Below are positions 1 through 10,283 of a DNA stretch of 64,000 nt, one piece after another. The stretch lies in assembly GCA_046290465.1 (NCBI GenBank), contig JBKAGP010000001.1, positions 3,328,001 to 3,392,000 of the forward strand, given 5' to 3'. The notes under the pieces were generated by a model. It was given only the letters and a program-made list of their open reading frames with translations, was not told the DNA's origin and made no database searches. Source of the stretch: Planctomycetota bacterium. Its GTDB lineage: Bacteria; Planctomycetota; UBA1135; UBA2386. Positions within the stretch are counted from its first letter, which is position 1; every line of letters begins with the position of its first letter. Both the position numbers and the translations under genes were made by a program.

Positions 1-1
1 G

Positions 2-2200
2 GTGCTGCCGCTGGTCGAACTCCGTCTCGCGGTCAGCATCGTCAACGCCGCCGTGCAGGCGAAGCGCCGCCCCAAACACGCCTACGCCCAGGTCAGCCAG
101 ATCGGCGCGCGCCGCGTGCTGCGCCAGCTGCACGGCCGCGACCACCACACCGGCCACCAGCGACTGCGCGCCGCCTGCGGCCTGCCGCCGTCGCCGCACC
201 CGCAGCGCATCGCCGCCTACGTCGACCGACACCGCGGGCAGCTGCCGGCCGTGCTGCTGACGCCGACGCCACTCGAACGTGCGATCGTGCTCGACCTGTC
301 GTTCGACTCGTGCACCGGCGGCGACGACCCGATCGCCTTCGATGCGACCCGTGCCGCCGAGCGCATCCGCCGGACCATGCTCGAGGCGGACACCGACCTC
401 GCGCTCGGCCGCTACGCCGAGCCCCGCCCGATCTACAGCGACGACGCGTTCGGCGACGCGGCACCCAACGGCAATCGCCGCACGGTGCACCTCGGCATCG
501 ACGTGTTCGCGCCGGCCGGAACGTCGGTCGCCACCCCGCTCGACGCCGTCGTGCACGACGTCGACGTCTGCGACGGCCACCTCGACTACGGCGGCGTGGT
601 CGTGCTGCGGCACACCCTGCCCGATGGCACCGCGTTCGGCACGCTCTACGGCCACCTCGACCCGGACAGCCTCGAACAACTGGCTCCCGGCCAGCGGCTC
701 GCAGCCGGCGACCCGTTCGCGCAGCTCGGCGACGCAGAGGTCAACGGCGGCTGGCCCCCGCACCTGCACCTGCAGCTGCTGGCCGCCGACCCTCGCGAGC
801 TGCCGGCCGTGCCGCGCGGCGTCGCCGATCCGGACGACCTCGAAGCGCACCGGCTGGTGCACCCCGACCCGTCGGCGCTGCTCGGGCTTGCCGACGACCG
901 CGCGATCTGGCGCGATCGATACGCCGATCTGGCGCAGGCACGCTCCGAGCGCTTCGCGCGCAACCTCGCGACCAGCTACGCGTCGCCGCTGACGCTGGTG
1001 CGCGGCTGGCGGCACTTCCTGTTCGACCAGCACGGCCGCCGCCACCTCGACGCCTACAACAACGTGCCGCACGTCGGCCACTGCCACCCGCGCGTGGTGC
1101 GCGCCGTGCACGAGCAGACCAGCAGGCTCGCGACCAACACGCGTTACCTGCACGCCGGCATGCAGCGCTACGCCGAACGGCTGCGCGCGTGGCTGCCCGA
1201 GCAGCTCGAGGTGTTCTTCTTCACGCCGTCGGGCAGCGAAGCCAACGAGCTGGCGCTGCGCCTCGCGCGGCAGCACACCGACGCCAGCGACGTCTGCGTG
1301 ATGGACCACGGCTACCACGGCCACACCAACGCGGCGATGGCGATGAGCCCGTACAAGTTCCGGCAGCCGGGCGCCCAGCCCAAGCCGGACTGGGTGCACG
1401 TCACCGCGCAGCCCGACGTCTACCGCGGCCCCCACCGCGGCGACGACGCCGGCGCCCGCTACGCCGATGACGTCGCCGCCGAGATCCGGCGCATCCGAGC
1501 GGCCGACCGCCGCATCGCCGCCTACCTGTGCGAATGCCTGCCGAGCGTCGGCGGCCAGCTCGAGCTTCCGCAGGGCTTCCTCGGCCCAGTCTACGACGCC
1601 GTCCGCGCAGCCGGCGGCCTGTGCATCGCCGACGACGTGCAGACCGGCCTGTGGCGGACCGGCGAGCACGCGTTCGGATTCGAACGGCACGAGGTGGTCC
1701 CGGACCTGCTGGTGCTCGGCAAGCCGCTCGGCAACGGCTTCCCGCTCGGCGCCGTCGTCACGACCCGCGCGATCGCCGACTCGTTCGCCAACGGCCCGGA
1801 GTTCTTCAGCACGTTCGGCGGCAGCACCGTCGCGATGGCCGCCGGACTGGCGGTGCTCGACGTGCTCGGGGACGAGGACCTCGCCGCCAACGCGCGCGCG
1901 GTCGGCGCCACGCTGCGGTCCGGCCTGCGCGAACTGCAGGCGCGCCACGAGGTGATCGGCGACGTGCGCGGCCGCGGCTTCTTTCTCGGGGTCGAGCTGG
2001 TCCAGGACCGCGACTCCCGCGAGCCGGCGACCGACGCAGCGGCGCGCATCAAGAACCTGCTGCGCGAACGCCGCGTGCTGATCGGCACCGACGGCCCGTT
2101 CGACAGCGTGCTCAAGATCCGCCCGCCGATGACGTTCGACGCCAGCGCCGCCGCCTGCCTACTCGACGAGCTCGACCGCGCGTTCGCTTCGGTTCGTTGA
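2..2200 (+). CDS. Peptidase M23-like domain fused to class III PLP aminotransferase/phospho-lyase (5' partial)
   Basis: M23 motifs HLGID, LYGHL and PPHLHLQ. AT-III motifs DAYNNVPHVGH, SGSEANELA, GYHG, IADDVQTG and LGKPLGNG (PLP Lys). ORF is open at the window edge. Confidence 0.85.
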   Translation: MLPLVELRLAVSIVNAAVQAKRRPKHAYAQVSQIGARRVLRQLHGRDHHTGHQRLRAACGLPPSPHPQRIAAYVDRHRGQLPAVLLTPTPLERAIVLDLSFDSCTGGDDPIAFDATRAAERIRRTMLEADTDLALGRYAEPRPIYSDDAFGDAAPNGNRRTVHLGIDVFAPAGTSVATPLDAVVHDVDVCDGHLDYGGVVVLRHTLPDGTAFGTLYGHLDPDSLEQLAPGQRLAAGDPFAQLGDAEVNGGWPPHLHLQLLAADPRELPAVPRGVADPDDLEAHRLVHPDPSALLGLADDRAIWRDRYADLAQARSERFARNLATSYASPLTLVRGWRHFLFDQHGRRHLDAYNNVPHVGHCHPRVVRAVHEQTSRLATNTRYLHAGMQRYAERLRAWLPEQLEVFFFTPSGSEANELALRLARQHTDASDVCVMDHGYHGHTNAAMAMSPYKFRQPGAQPKPDWVHVTAQPDVYRGPHRGDDAGARYADDVAAEIRRIRAADRRIAAYLCECLPSVGGQLELPQGFLGPVYDAVRAAGGLCIADDVQTGLWRTGEHAFGFERHEVVPDLLVLGKPLGNGFPLGAVVTTRAIADSFANGPEFFSTFGGSTVAMAAGLAVLDVLGDEDLAANARAVGATLRSGLRELQARHEVIGDVRGRGFFLGVELVQDRDSREPATDAAARIKNLLRERRVLIGTDGPFDSVLKIRPPMTFDASAAACLLDELDRAFASVR

Positions 2201-2219
2201 CCTGCAGGCCGCCTCGGAC

Positions 2220-3269
2220 CTACAGGATCATCGTCGCGAAGCCCGACGGCACGATGCCGAACGCGTTGGCGGCCGGATCGAGCGCCAGCCACGTGCCGTA
2301 GACACGCGCCTGCGACGGCCACGCACTGGTGAACTGCAGCGTGAACGATGCGTCACCGTTGGCGTCGGTCAGCACCGGCGCGAGCAGCGCCTCCCAACCG
2401 TGCCAGAACACGCAGCCCGGCGCGCCGAGCGGCGCCATGTCGAACGGCAACGGCACGCCGAGGTAGTTCACGGTCTCGAAGCCGAGCACCATCGCCGCGA
2501 TCGAGTTGGCCGGACCGTCGCTCAACATCACGTCGAACGGCTGGCCCGGCACCGGCCAGGTCCCGGGCGTCGCGCCAATCGTCGGCACCAGCCCGTTGGA
2601 ACCCGCGCACGAGCCCTGGTGCGGCACGAACGTGCCGTCGTTGAGCAGCAGCCCGATCTTGATGCCCGAACCGTCGACGCCGGCCGACGTCGCCTGCTGG
2701 CTGGTGGTCCAGCCGAGCCGGTAGGCCCGCGAGATCGAGCTGGTCGGGCTGCGGTGCATGTCCATGAAGTAGCCGTTGGTCGACGGCGGCACCGATCCGG
2801 TGTCGATCACGTCCCAACAGATGAAGTCGATCAGCAGGTTGTCGCCCGGCTGCGGCAGCCACAGGTACCAGTTGGGCAGCCCCAGCGGCACCCACGTGTC
2901 CCGCACGAAGTTGACGACCAGCGGACCGCGGTAGACGGTCACCGCGTTGCTCGAGTTGTTGGCCCACGTGTTGGTCAGCGTCGTCAGCTGCGTCGTACCC
3001 ATCCGGATCTCGAAGTCGCCGTAGACGACCTGCGAGGTCTGGTAGCTGAGGTTCGCCGAGACGCGCGGGTTGACGTAGACGTCGTTGATGATCGCCGGCG
3101 TCGAGCCGAGCACGCTGCCGGGGATCAGCTGCTGCGTGCGCACACCCTCAGAGCCGAACGGGAACGCATTGCCGCCGCCGGTCGTCGGGTTCGGATCGTC
3201 GTGGTAGACGACGTTCTGGGCGGAGAGCGCGGCGCAGAGCAGCGCGCACAGCATGTGTGGTGCCTTCAT
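2220..3269 (-). CDS. Secreted hypothetical protein
   Basis: Signal peptide MKAPHMLCALLCAALSAQ, strong GC3 bias, no recognised catalytic motif. Confidence 0.75.
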   Translation of the reverse strand: MKAPHMLCALLCAALSAQNVVYHDDPNPTTGGGNAFPFGSEGVRTQQLIPGSVLGSTPAIINDVYVNPRVSANLSYQTSQVVYGDFEIRMGTTQLTTLTNTWANNSSNAVTVYRGPLVVNFVRDTWVPLGLPNWYLWLPQPGDNLLIDFICWDVIDTGSVPPSTNGYFMDMHRSPTSSISRAYRLGWTTSQQATSAGVDGSGIKIGLLLNDGTFVPHQGSCAGSNGLVPTIGATPGTWPVPGQPFDVMLSDGPANSIAAMVLGFETVNYLGVPLPFDMAPLGAPGCVFWHGWEALLAPVLTDANGDASFTLQFTSAWPSQARVYGTWLALDPAANAFGIVPSGFATMIL

Positions 3270-3450
3270 GATGCGATCGTTTCGAAAGGGGCCCCCACAC
3301 GATACCGGCTGGCCCGCCAAGGTTCTTACGGTTCCGCCGGACCTCAGGGGATCCACTGATTTTGCAGCATGCTTTCCGCCTTGCGTTGCGGCGGCGCCCC
3401 CCGATCACCAACATGGCGACCCTCATTCCTCCTACTCCCGGAAGAACGCC

Positions 3451-4674
3451 ATGATCAAGAATCTCACTCTCGGCCTGCTCGCGCTCCTCGCCGTCGCGAT
3501 GCCGGCTCTCGCCCAGGAGGGCTCGGCCCAACCCCAGGACCCGCAGGCCTACACCGCGCAGACCGCCGACCCGGACATCGCGGTCGCCGAACTGCAGCGA
3601 CGCATCAACCCGCTGCTGAAGGAGCAGGTCGAGGTCGAGGCCGAGGCCTGGCTCGCGCTGCTGGTCGCCAAGAACCAGGAGATCGCCGCCAACCCCGAGC
3701 AGTCGACCCAGCTGTCGCTGCAGCGCAGCGGAATCGTCAGCCGCATGACGCTGGTCACCGATGCCTACACGGCGCGCGGCGGCGACGCATCGAAGTACGT
3801 CAAGTACGTCGAGGCCTCGACCGGCGCCGACCTCGCCGACGTCGCCGGCATGTTCGACTTCGCGATCGAATGGGTGAAGAGCCCCGACGGCGGCATCCAG
3901 CTGGCGATCAACTTCGGCCTGTTCCTGATCACGCTGATCGCGTTCATGATCATCTCGCGCATCGCCGCGGGTGCGACCAACAAGGCGCTCAACCGGATGA
4001 AGAAGACCAGCGACCTGCTGCGCGACTTCTTCATCAACGTCGTGCGCAAGCTGGTGTTCTTCATCGGCCTGATCATCGCGCTGAAGTTCCTCGGCCTGGA
4101 CGTGACGCCGTTCGTGGCCGCTCTCGGCGCTGCCGGCTTCATCATCGGCTTCGCGCTGCAGGGCACGCTGTCGAACTTCGCCGCCGGTCTGATGATCCTG
4201 ATGTACCGCCCGTACGACATCGGCCACCTGGTCAGCGCCGCCGGCATGACCGGCACCGTCAAGGCGATGACGCTGGTGTCGACGACGCTGCGCCTCGGTG
4301 ACAACCAGCACGTCGTGATCCCCAACGGCAAGATCTGGGGCGACGTGATCACCAACATCACCGGCCAGACGACGCGCCGCGTCGACATGACGTTCGGCTG
4401 CGGCTACGGCGACGACCTCAAGAAGGTGCAGGCCGTGCTCGAGGAGATCGTCGCCAACCACCCGAAGGTGCTGAAGGACCCGGAGCCGGTCATCAAGCTG
4501 CACGAACTGGCCGACTCGTCGGTCAACTTCATCGTGCGCCCGTGGGCCAACAGCGGCGACTACTGGGATATCTACTGGGACGTCACCCGCAAGGTGAAGG
4601 AGCGCTTCGACGAGGAGGGCCTCAACATCCCGTTCCCGCAGCGCGACGTGCACCTGCACCAGGCCAACGGCTAG
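3451..4674 (+). CDS. Small-conductance mechanosensitive channel (MscS family) with N-terminal exported domain
   Basis: GAAGFIIGFALQGTLSNFAAG, RPYDIG, IPNGKIWG, RRVDMTFG and IPFPQRDVHL; N-terminal signal peptide. Confidence 0.92.
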   Translation: MIKNLTLGLLALLAVAMPALAQEGSAQPQDPQAYTAQTADPDIAVAELQRRINPLLKEQVEVEAEAWLALLVAKNQEIAANPEQSTQLSLQRSGIVSRMTLVTDAYTARGGDASKYVKYVEASTGADLADVAGMFDFAIEWVKSPDGGIQLAINFGLFLITLIAFMIISRIAAGATNKALNRMKKTSDLLRDFFINVVRKLVFFIGLIIALKFLGLDVTPFVAALGAAGFIIGFALQGTLSNFAAGLMILMYRPYDIGHLVSAAGMTGTVKAMTLVSTTLRLGDNQHVVIPNGKIWGDVITNITGQTTRRVDMTFGCGYGDDLKKVQAVLEEIVANHPKVLKDPEPVIKLHELADSSVNFIVRPWANSGDYWDIYWDVTRKVKERFDEEGLNIPFPQRDVHLHQANG

Positions 4675-4748
4675 CCGCGGCGAGCCCGAACGTGGCCCGA
4701 ATCCGCGCCGGGGCAGACCCCGGCGCCGCGAACGGGTACGAGTGGGGC

Positions 4749-6482
4749 ATGCATCGCCCACCGATCGCCGTCCTCGCGCTCGCGCTCGCCGGCGCCGGCC
4801 TCGCGCAGGAGCGCGCGCCGCGCCCCAACGTCGTGCTGGTCATGACCGACGACCAGGGGCTCGGCGACTTCGGTTGCCAGGGCAACCCGGTGCTGGAGAC
4901 GCCGCGGCTCGACGCGTTCGCGCGGCAGTGCCCGCAGTTCGAACGGTTCTACGTCAGTCCGGTGTGCTCACCGACGCGCGCCAGCCTGATGACCGGCCGC
5001 TACAACTACCGCACCCGCGTCGTCGACACGTGGATCGGTCGGTCGATGATGGAGCCCGACGAGGTCACCGTCGCCGAGGTGCTGCGCGAGGTCGGCTACC
5101 GCACCGGCATCTTCGGCAAGTGGCACCTCGGCGACTGCTACCCGCAGCGCCCGATCGACCAGGGCTTCGACGAGGCCCTGGTCCACCGCGGCGGCGGCAT
5201 CGCGCAGCCGTCCGAGCCGCGTGAGAACCGGCGCCGCTACACCGATCCGCTGCTGCTGCGCAACGGCGAGGTGGTCGCGACCAAGGGCTACTGCACCGAC
5301 GTCTACTTCGACGCCGCCATGCGGTTCGTCGACGATGCGATCGAGCGGGAGCAGCCGTTCTTCACCTACATCGCGACCAACGCGCCGCACGGCCCGTTCC
5401 ACGACGTGCCGAACGACCTGCTCGCGAAGTACCTCGGCAAGGACCTGAAGAAGGTCGCGATCGGCGACCGGCCCAACCTCGATCGGATCGCGCGCATCTT
5501 CGCGATGATCGAGAACATCGACCAGAACTTCGGCCGGCTGCTCGACCACCTCGACCGCCGCGGCGTCGCCGACGACACCGTCGTGATCTTCCTGTGCGAC
5601 AACGGCCCGATCGCCGGCCGCTTCGTGCAGGGCCTGCGCGGCGCCAAGACGTCGGTGCACGAGGGCGGCATCCGGTCGCCGCTGTGGGTGCGCCTGCCTG
5701 GCCGCAACGACGCCGCGCTGCGCATCGACCGCATCGCCGCGCACATCGACGTGATGCCGACGATCTGCGAACTGGCCGACGCACCGCTGCCCGACGACCG
5801 CAAGGTCGACGGCCGCAGCCTGCTGCCGCTGCTGCAGGGCCGGCGCATCGCGTGGCCCGATCGACCGCTGGTGCTGCAGACGCACCGCGGCGACGTGCCC
5901 AAAGGGGGCCACCACTTCGCGCTCGTCGGCCAGCGCTGGAAGCTGCTGCGCCACTCCGGCTTCGGCAAGCGCGAGTTGCCGGACCAGGTGCCGCTGCAGC
6001 TGTTCGACCTGCAGGCGGACCCCGGCGAAGCACGCGACGTCGCGGCGGCGCATCCCGACGTGGTGGCGCGCCTGCTCGCCGACTACCGGGCCTGGTTCGC
6101 GGACGTGTCCGCCACCCGCCCCGACAACTACGCCAAGCCGCGCATCGTCGTCGGCGACGCCAACGAACCGGTGACGGTGCTGACGCGACAGGACTGGGTG
6201 CCCGCCGACGGCGTCGGCTGGGGTCACGACGGTTGCTGGCTGCTGCGCCTCGAACGCGCCCGCAAGGTCGACGTGACCGTCGTGTTCCGCGAGCAGCTCG
6301 TGGTCGAGCGGACGTCGATCCAGGCCGGCGGCAAGCCGTTCGTCGAACGCATGGTCGTCGAGAGCGACCGCATCACCTACGAGAACGTGCCGTTCGCGGT
6401 CGGCGACGTCGACCTGCAGATCACCTGCACCGACGGCACGACCATAGTCGCGCCCTACCAGGTGATCCTGACGCCGCGCTAG
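4749..6482 (+). CDS. Arylsulfatase (FGly-dependent)
   Basis: PNVVLVMTDDQG, CSPTR, GKWHLG; signal peptide. Confidence 0.92.
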   Translation: MHRPPIAVLALALAGAGLAQERAPRPNVVLVMTDDQGLGDFGCQGNPVLETPRLDAFARQCPQFERFYVSPVCSPTRASLMTGRYNYRTRVVDTWIGRSMMEPDEVTVAEVLREVGYRTGIFGKWHLGDCYPQRPIDQGFDEALVHRGGGIAQPSEPRENRRRYTDPLLLRNGEVVATKGYCTDVYFDAAMRFVDDAIEREQPFFTYIATNAPHGPFHDVPNDLLAKYLGKDLKKVAIGDRPNLDRIARIFAMIENIDQNFGRLLDHLDRRGVADDTVVIFLCDNGPIAGRFVQGLRGAKTSVHEGGIRSPLWVRLPGRNDAALRIDRIAAHIDVMPTICELADAPLPDDRKVDGRSLLPLLQGRRIAWPDRPLVLQTHRGDVPKGGHHFALVGQRWKLLRHSGFGKRELPDQVPLQLFDLQADPGEARDVAAAHPDVVARLLADYRAWFADVSATRPDNYAKPRIVVGDANEPVTVLTRQDWVPADGVGWGHDGCWLLRLERARKVDVTVVFREQLVVERTSIQAGGKPFVERMVVESDRITYENVPFAVGDVDLQITCTDGTTIVAPYQVILTPR

Positions 6483-6483
6483 T

Positions 6484-6560
6484 GGGCAAAGCCCCGTCCG
6501 CACGCGCACACGCCGCTTCCGCGATCACGGTCGGCAGCGCGTCCACTACATGGACGCGCT
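6484..6560. repeat. 77-bp dispersed REP/MITE-like element, copy 1
   Basis: Near-identical to 22833-22909 and to the reverse complement of 53965-54041. Internal hairpins GGGC-AAA-GCCC and AGCGCGTCCA-CTACA-TGGACGCGCT. Flanked by CTAG on both sides. Confidence 0.9.
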
Positions 6561-6561
6561 A

Positions 6562-7506
6562 CTAGACGTTGGCCGCGGCGTTCGCCTGCCACCAGGCGAT
6601 GGTCTTCTCGAGGCCTTCGTCGAGGCCGGTCTGCGCCTTGAAGTCGAACTTGTCGAACGCGCGCTGCGTGTCGAGGCGGCGCCGCGGCTGGCCGTCCGGC
6701 TTGCTCGCGTCCCACTCGATCGTGCCCTGGTAGCCGACCAGCCTGCCGATCTTCTCGGCGAGGTCCTGGATGGTGATCTCGTGGTCGGTGCCGAGGTTGA
6801 CCGGGTCGGTCTCGTCGTAGTCCTCGGCCGCCTTCAGGATGCCCTCGGCGCAGTCCTCGACGTAGAGGAACTCCCGCGATGCCTGGCCGCTGCCCCAGAC
6901 CTCGACGGTGTCCTTGCCCTCGTCGCGAGCCGTCACGAACTTGCGGATCAGCGCCGGGATGACGTGGCTGCTCTCGAGGTCGAAGTTGTCGTGCGGCCCG
7001 TAGAGGTTGACCGGCAGCAGGTAGACGCCCGGGAACCCGTACTGCTGCGCGTAGGCCTCCAGCATCACGAGCAGCGACTTCTTGGCGACGCCGTAGGGTG
7101 CGTTGGTCTCCTCCGGGTAGCCGGCCCAGAGGTCCTCCTCCTTGAACGGCACCGGGGTGAACTTCGGGTAGGCGCAGATCGTGCCGACCTGCACGAACTT
7201 GTCGAGCCCGTGGATCCGGCCCTGCTCGATCATGTGCAGGCCCATCGCCATGTTGGCGTAGAAGTAGCGACCCGGGTTCTTGCGGTTGGCGCCGATGCCG
7301 CCGACCTCGGCCTCCAGGTGCAGCACGATGTCGGGATCGCAGTCGTCGTAGAGGCGCTTGACGTCCGCCTCCTGCGTCAGGTCGTAGTCGACGCGCCGCG
7401 GCACGGTGATGTCGGTGACGCCGCGGTTGCGCAGGCCATCGCAGACGAACTTGCCGAGGAAGCCGGCTCCGCCGGTCACCAGCACGGACTTGTTGCTCCA
7501 GAACAT
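6562..7506 (-). CDS. fcl: GDP-L-fucose synthase
   Basis: [62 protein letters not shown]. Confidence 0.93.
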   Translation of the reverse strand: MFWSNKSVLVTGGAGFLGKFVCDGLRNRGVTDITVPRRVDYDLTQEADVKRLYDDCDPDIVLHLEAEVGGIGANRKNPGRYFYANMAMGLHMIEQGRIHGLDKFVQVGTICAYPKFTPVPFKEEDLWAGYPEETNAPYGVAKKSLLVMLEAYAQQYGFPGVYLLPVNLYGPHDNFDLESSHVIPALIRKFVTARDEGKDTVEVWGSGQASREFLYVEDCAEGILKAAEDYDETDPVNLGTDHEITIQDLAEKIGRLVGYQGTIEWDASKPDGQPRRRLDTQRAFDKFDFKAQTGLDEGLEKTIAWWQANAAANV

Positions 7507-7510
7507 ATCG

Positions 7511-10000
7511 CTATCCCTCTCCCTTGATCAGCTCGACCAGTCGCGTCATTTCGTGGACGTCGCCCGTGACCGACTCGACGCTCTCCCCGCTGCGCAGCGC
7601 GTTCTCGCACTTCGTCGCCACCGCGACGAGGCTCATGAAGCCGTAGCAGCCCGCCGAGCCCTTCATCTGGTGGACCAGCGCGCGCAGGCGCTCGGCGTCC
7701 CCGGACGCGAACGTCTGTTCGATCTTGTCCATGCGCTTGCCGACCGCGCCGCGGAAGCTCTCGAGCAGCTCCTCGTACTCCGGGTTGCCGTCGAACACCG
7801 AACGCCCCTCGTTGCTCGGCGCGACGACCGACTCGTCTGCCGCTGCCAACGCCTCGGCGGCGGCGGCCGCGACGGCACCGCCGGGGTTGGTTCGGCGCGC
7901 GACCTCGCGGATCAACACCTCCGGCCGGATCGGCTTGGTCAGGTAGCCGTCGCAGCCGGCCGCCAGGCACTTGTCGCGGTCGGTCGCCATCGAGAACGCC
8001 GTCAGCGCGACCACCGGCACCAGCGTGCCTCGCTGGCGCAGCGAACGGGTCGCGTCGTAGCCGTCGAGCACCGGCATGTTCATGTCCATCAGCACCAGCT
8101 CGAACGGCTCACCTCGCTGCTCGGCCGCGGCGACCTCGTCCAGCGCCAGCTGTCCGTTCTCGACCACGGTGATGTCCGCTCGCGCGTCCTCCAGCACCAG
8201 CCGGAAGATCTGCCGGTTGTCGTCGTTGTCGTCGGCGACGAGCACGCGCGTGCCCGGCCGCACCTTCGCCTCGACCTGCTCCTCGACGACCGGCTTCGCC
8301 GCGCCTTCGGCGACGACCTCCGCCTGCTCCGGGATCGTCACCGGCAGCGACACGGTGAACGTCGAGCCCTCCCCCCCACACCGACTCGACCTCGACATCG
8401 CCGCCGAGCAGCCGCGCGAGGTGGCGGGTGATCGCGAGGCCGAGCCCGGTTCCGCCGTACTTGCCGTCGGTGTGCACCTGGGTGAACTTGGCGAACAGCT
8501 CCTTGATCTTCTCCGGCCGGATCCCGATGCCGGTGTCGCGGACCTGCAGCCGCAGCGTGCCGGCCTTGTTCTCCTCCTGCGGCTGGTCGTACGAGACGGT
8601 GATCGTCACGCCGCCCTCGCTGGTGAACTTGAGCCCGTTGGACATCAGGTTGACCAGGATCTGCCGCAGCCGCGTCGCATCGGAGAGGACCTTCGACGGC
8701 ACCTCGGACGCGTAGACGACGGCGATCTCGATGCCCTTGTCCTGCGCGATCCAGTTGAGCGACATCACCGCATCGCTGACCAGCTCGGTCAGGTTGATCG
8801 CGCCGAGCTGCACCGCCATCTTGCGGCTCTCGATCTTCGAGATGTCGAGGATGTCGTTGATCAACCCGAGCAGGAAGTCGGCGCTGCGCTGGATGCGCGT
8901 GCACATCCGGATGCGGTCCTCGAGCGACGTGCTGGCCCGCGCGGCGAGATCGGCGTAGCCGACGATCGCGGTCAGCGGCGTGCGCAGCTCGTGCGACACG
9001 TTGGCGAGGAACTCGCTCTTCGCGTCACTCGCCGCCTCGGCGCGCGCCAGCGCTTCGCTGCTGCGCTTGCGCGCCTCCTCGAGCGACCACTGCGCGCGGA
9101 TCCGTTCGATCGAACGGCCGAGCGCCTGCGCCAGGTTGCTGAGCACCGCGCGCTCGTCCGCCGACCACTTGCGGCCGGCATGGGTCTCGTCGAATCCGAG
9201 CACGCCCTCGAGCGTGTCGGGGCACTGGATCGGCAGCAGGATCATCGATCGGATCCCGTGCGCGTGCAGCCGCGCCGCAGTCTCCGAATCGGTCGCCTCG
9301 GTATCGTCGATCGTGACGACCCGGTCGGCCTCGAGTTCCTGCCGAATGAACGGATCGCGCAGGAGCGGTATGCCGATCAGACCGCGATCCGCGTCGTCGG
9401 CCTTGGCCGACGCCCACTCCGCCGGCGTCGTCAGCGTCTTGCTGCCGCCGAACGTGCGCACCCGGAACACGAAGCCGTGCGCGACGTCGAGGATCTCCCC
9501 GATCGCGGCGAGCGCCTCGGCCATCGAATCGTTGAGCGTGCTCGACGTGATCAGCGTCGTCGTCGCGCGCGTGACGACCTGCTGCAGGATCGACAGCTTG
9601 GCCGCCTGGATCGCGACCCGGCGATCCGCCGTGATGTCGCAGATGATCAGGCACTGCCGTTCGCTCTCGCCGGCGAGGTCGGCGACCGTGACCTCCACGG
9701 CCCGCTGCGTGCCGTCCGCCTCGATGGCAACATGTCGAGCCGCGTGCCGACCCGGCTGCGCTCGTAGATCTGCTGGACGTAGTAGCCGCGGTTCTGGCCG
9801 GTCAGCGAGTTGCCGACCAGCAGTTCGTCCAGCGGCCTGCCGCACAGATCCGCCCGCTTGCGCCCGAACATCTCCTCCGCCGCTCCGTTGCACAGCTCGA
9901 CATCGCCGGTCGGATCGATGATCACGATGGCGTCGTGCAGCGACTCGAGGATCGCTTCGTGCACGGAGATCGAGGGGGCGTTGCTCTGTTCGGCGCTCAT
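7511..10000 (-). pseudogene. Hybrid sensor histidine kinase (PAS-GAF-HisKA-HATPase-REC-Hpt) split by two single-base frameshifts
   Basis: PAS at about 10000-9730. GAF, H-box [11 protein letters not shown]-box [14 protein letters not shown] and G-boxes DTGIG/GGTGLGL are in a second frame. REC (VLMDMNMPVLDG) and Hpt (HQMKGSAG) follow a shift at the C7 run at 8371-8377. Could be sequencing error. Confidence 0.85.
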
Positions 10001-10283
10001 TCGGTCGTCGAAGCCGCGAGCCGGCATGCTGCGCCCGCTCCGTCGTGCGTAGTAGATCGGGGCGGCGCGCGCCGCGACTTGAGCGCCCGCCTCGCTCGTA
10101 TCGCAGCGCGGCGCCCAGCGTCGCCCGCGGCGCGACAGGCCGTGCAGCCGCAGCCAGCACAAGTCGCCATGCTGCGGGAGGATCCGAGCTGGCCTCCGGC
10201 CTCGCCCGGGCCGCGTCCGATGGCTGATAGATCCGGCCACGACTCCCGCGACGGTCGGGCCAACACGTCAGGAGAGGAAACGA

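Noticed and set aside
6484..6560. 77-nt repeat as a tRNA (including tRNA-Sec)
   Set aside because: Length is tRNA-like, but there is no acceptor stem pairing, TTC T-loop or CCA end.
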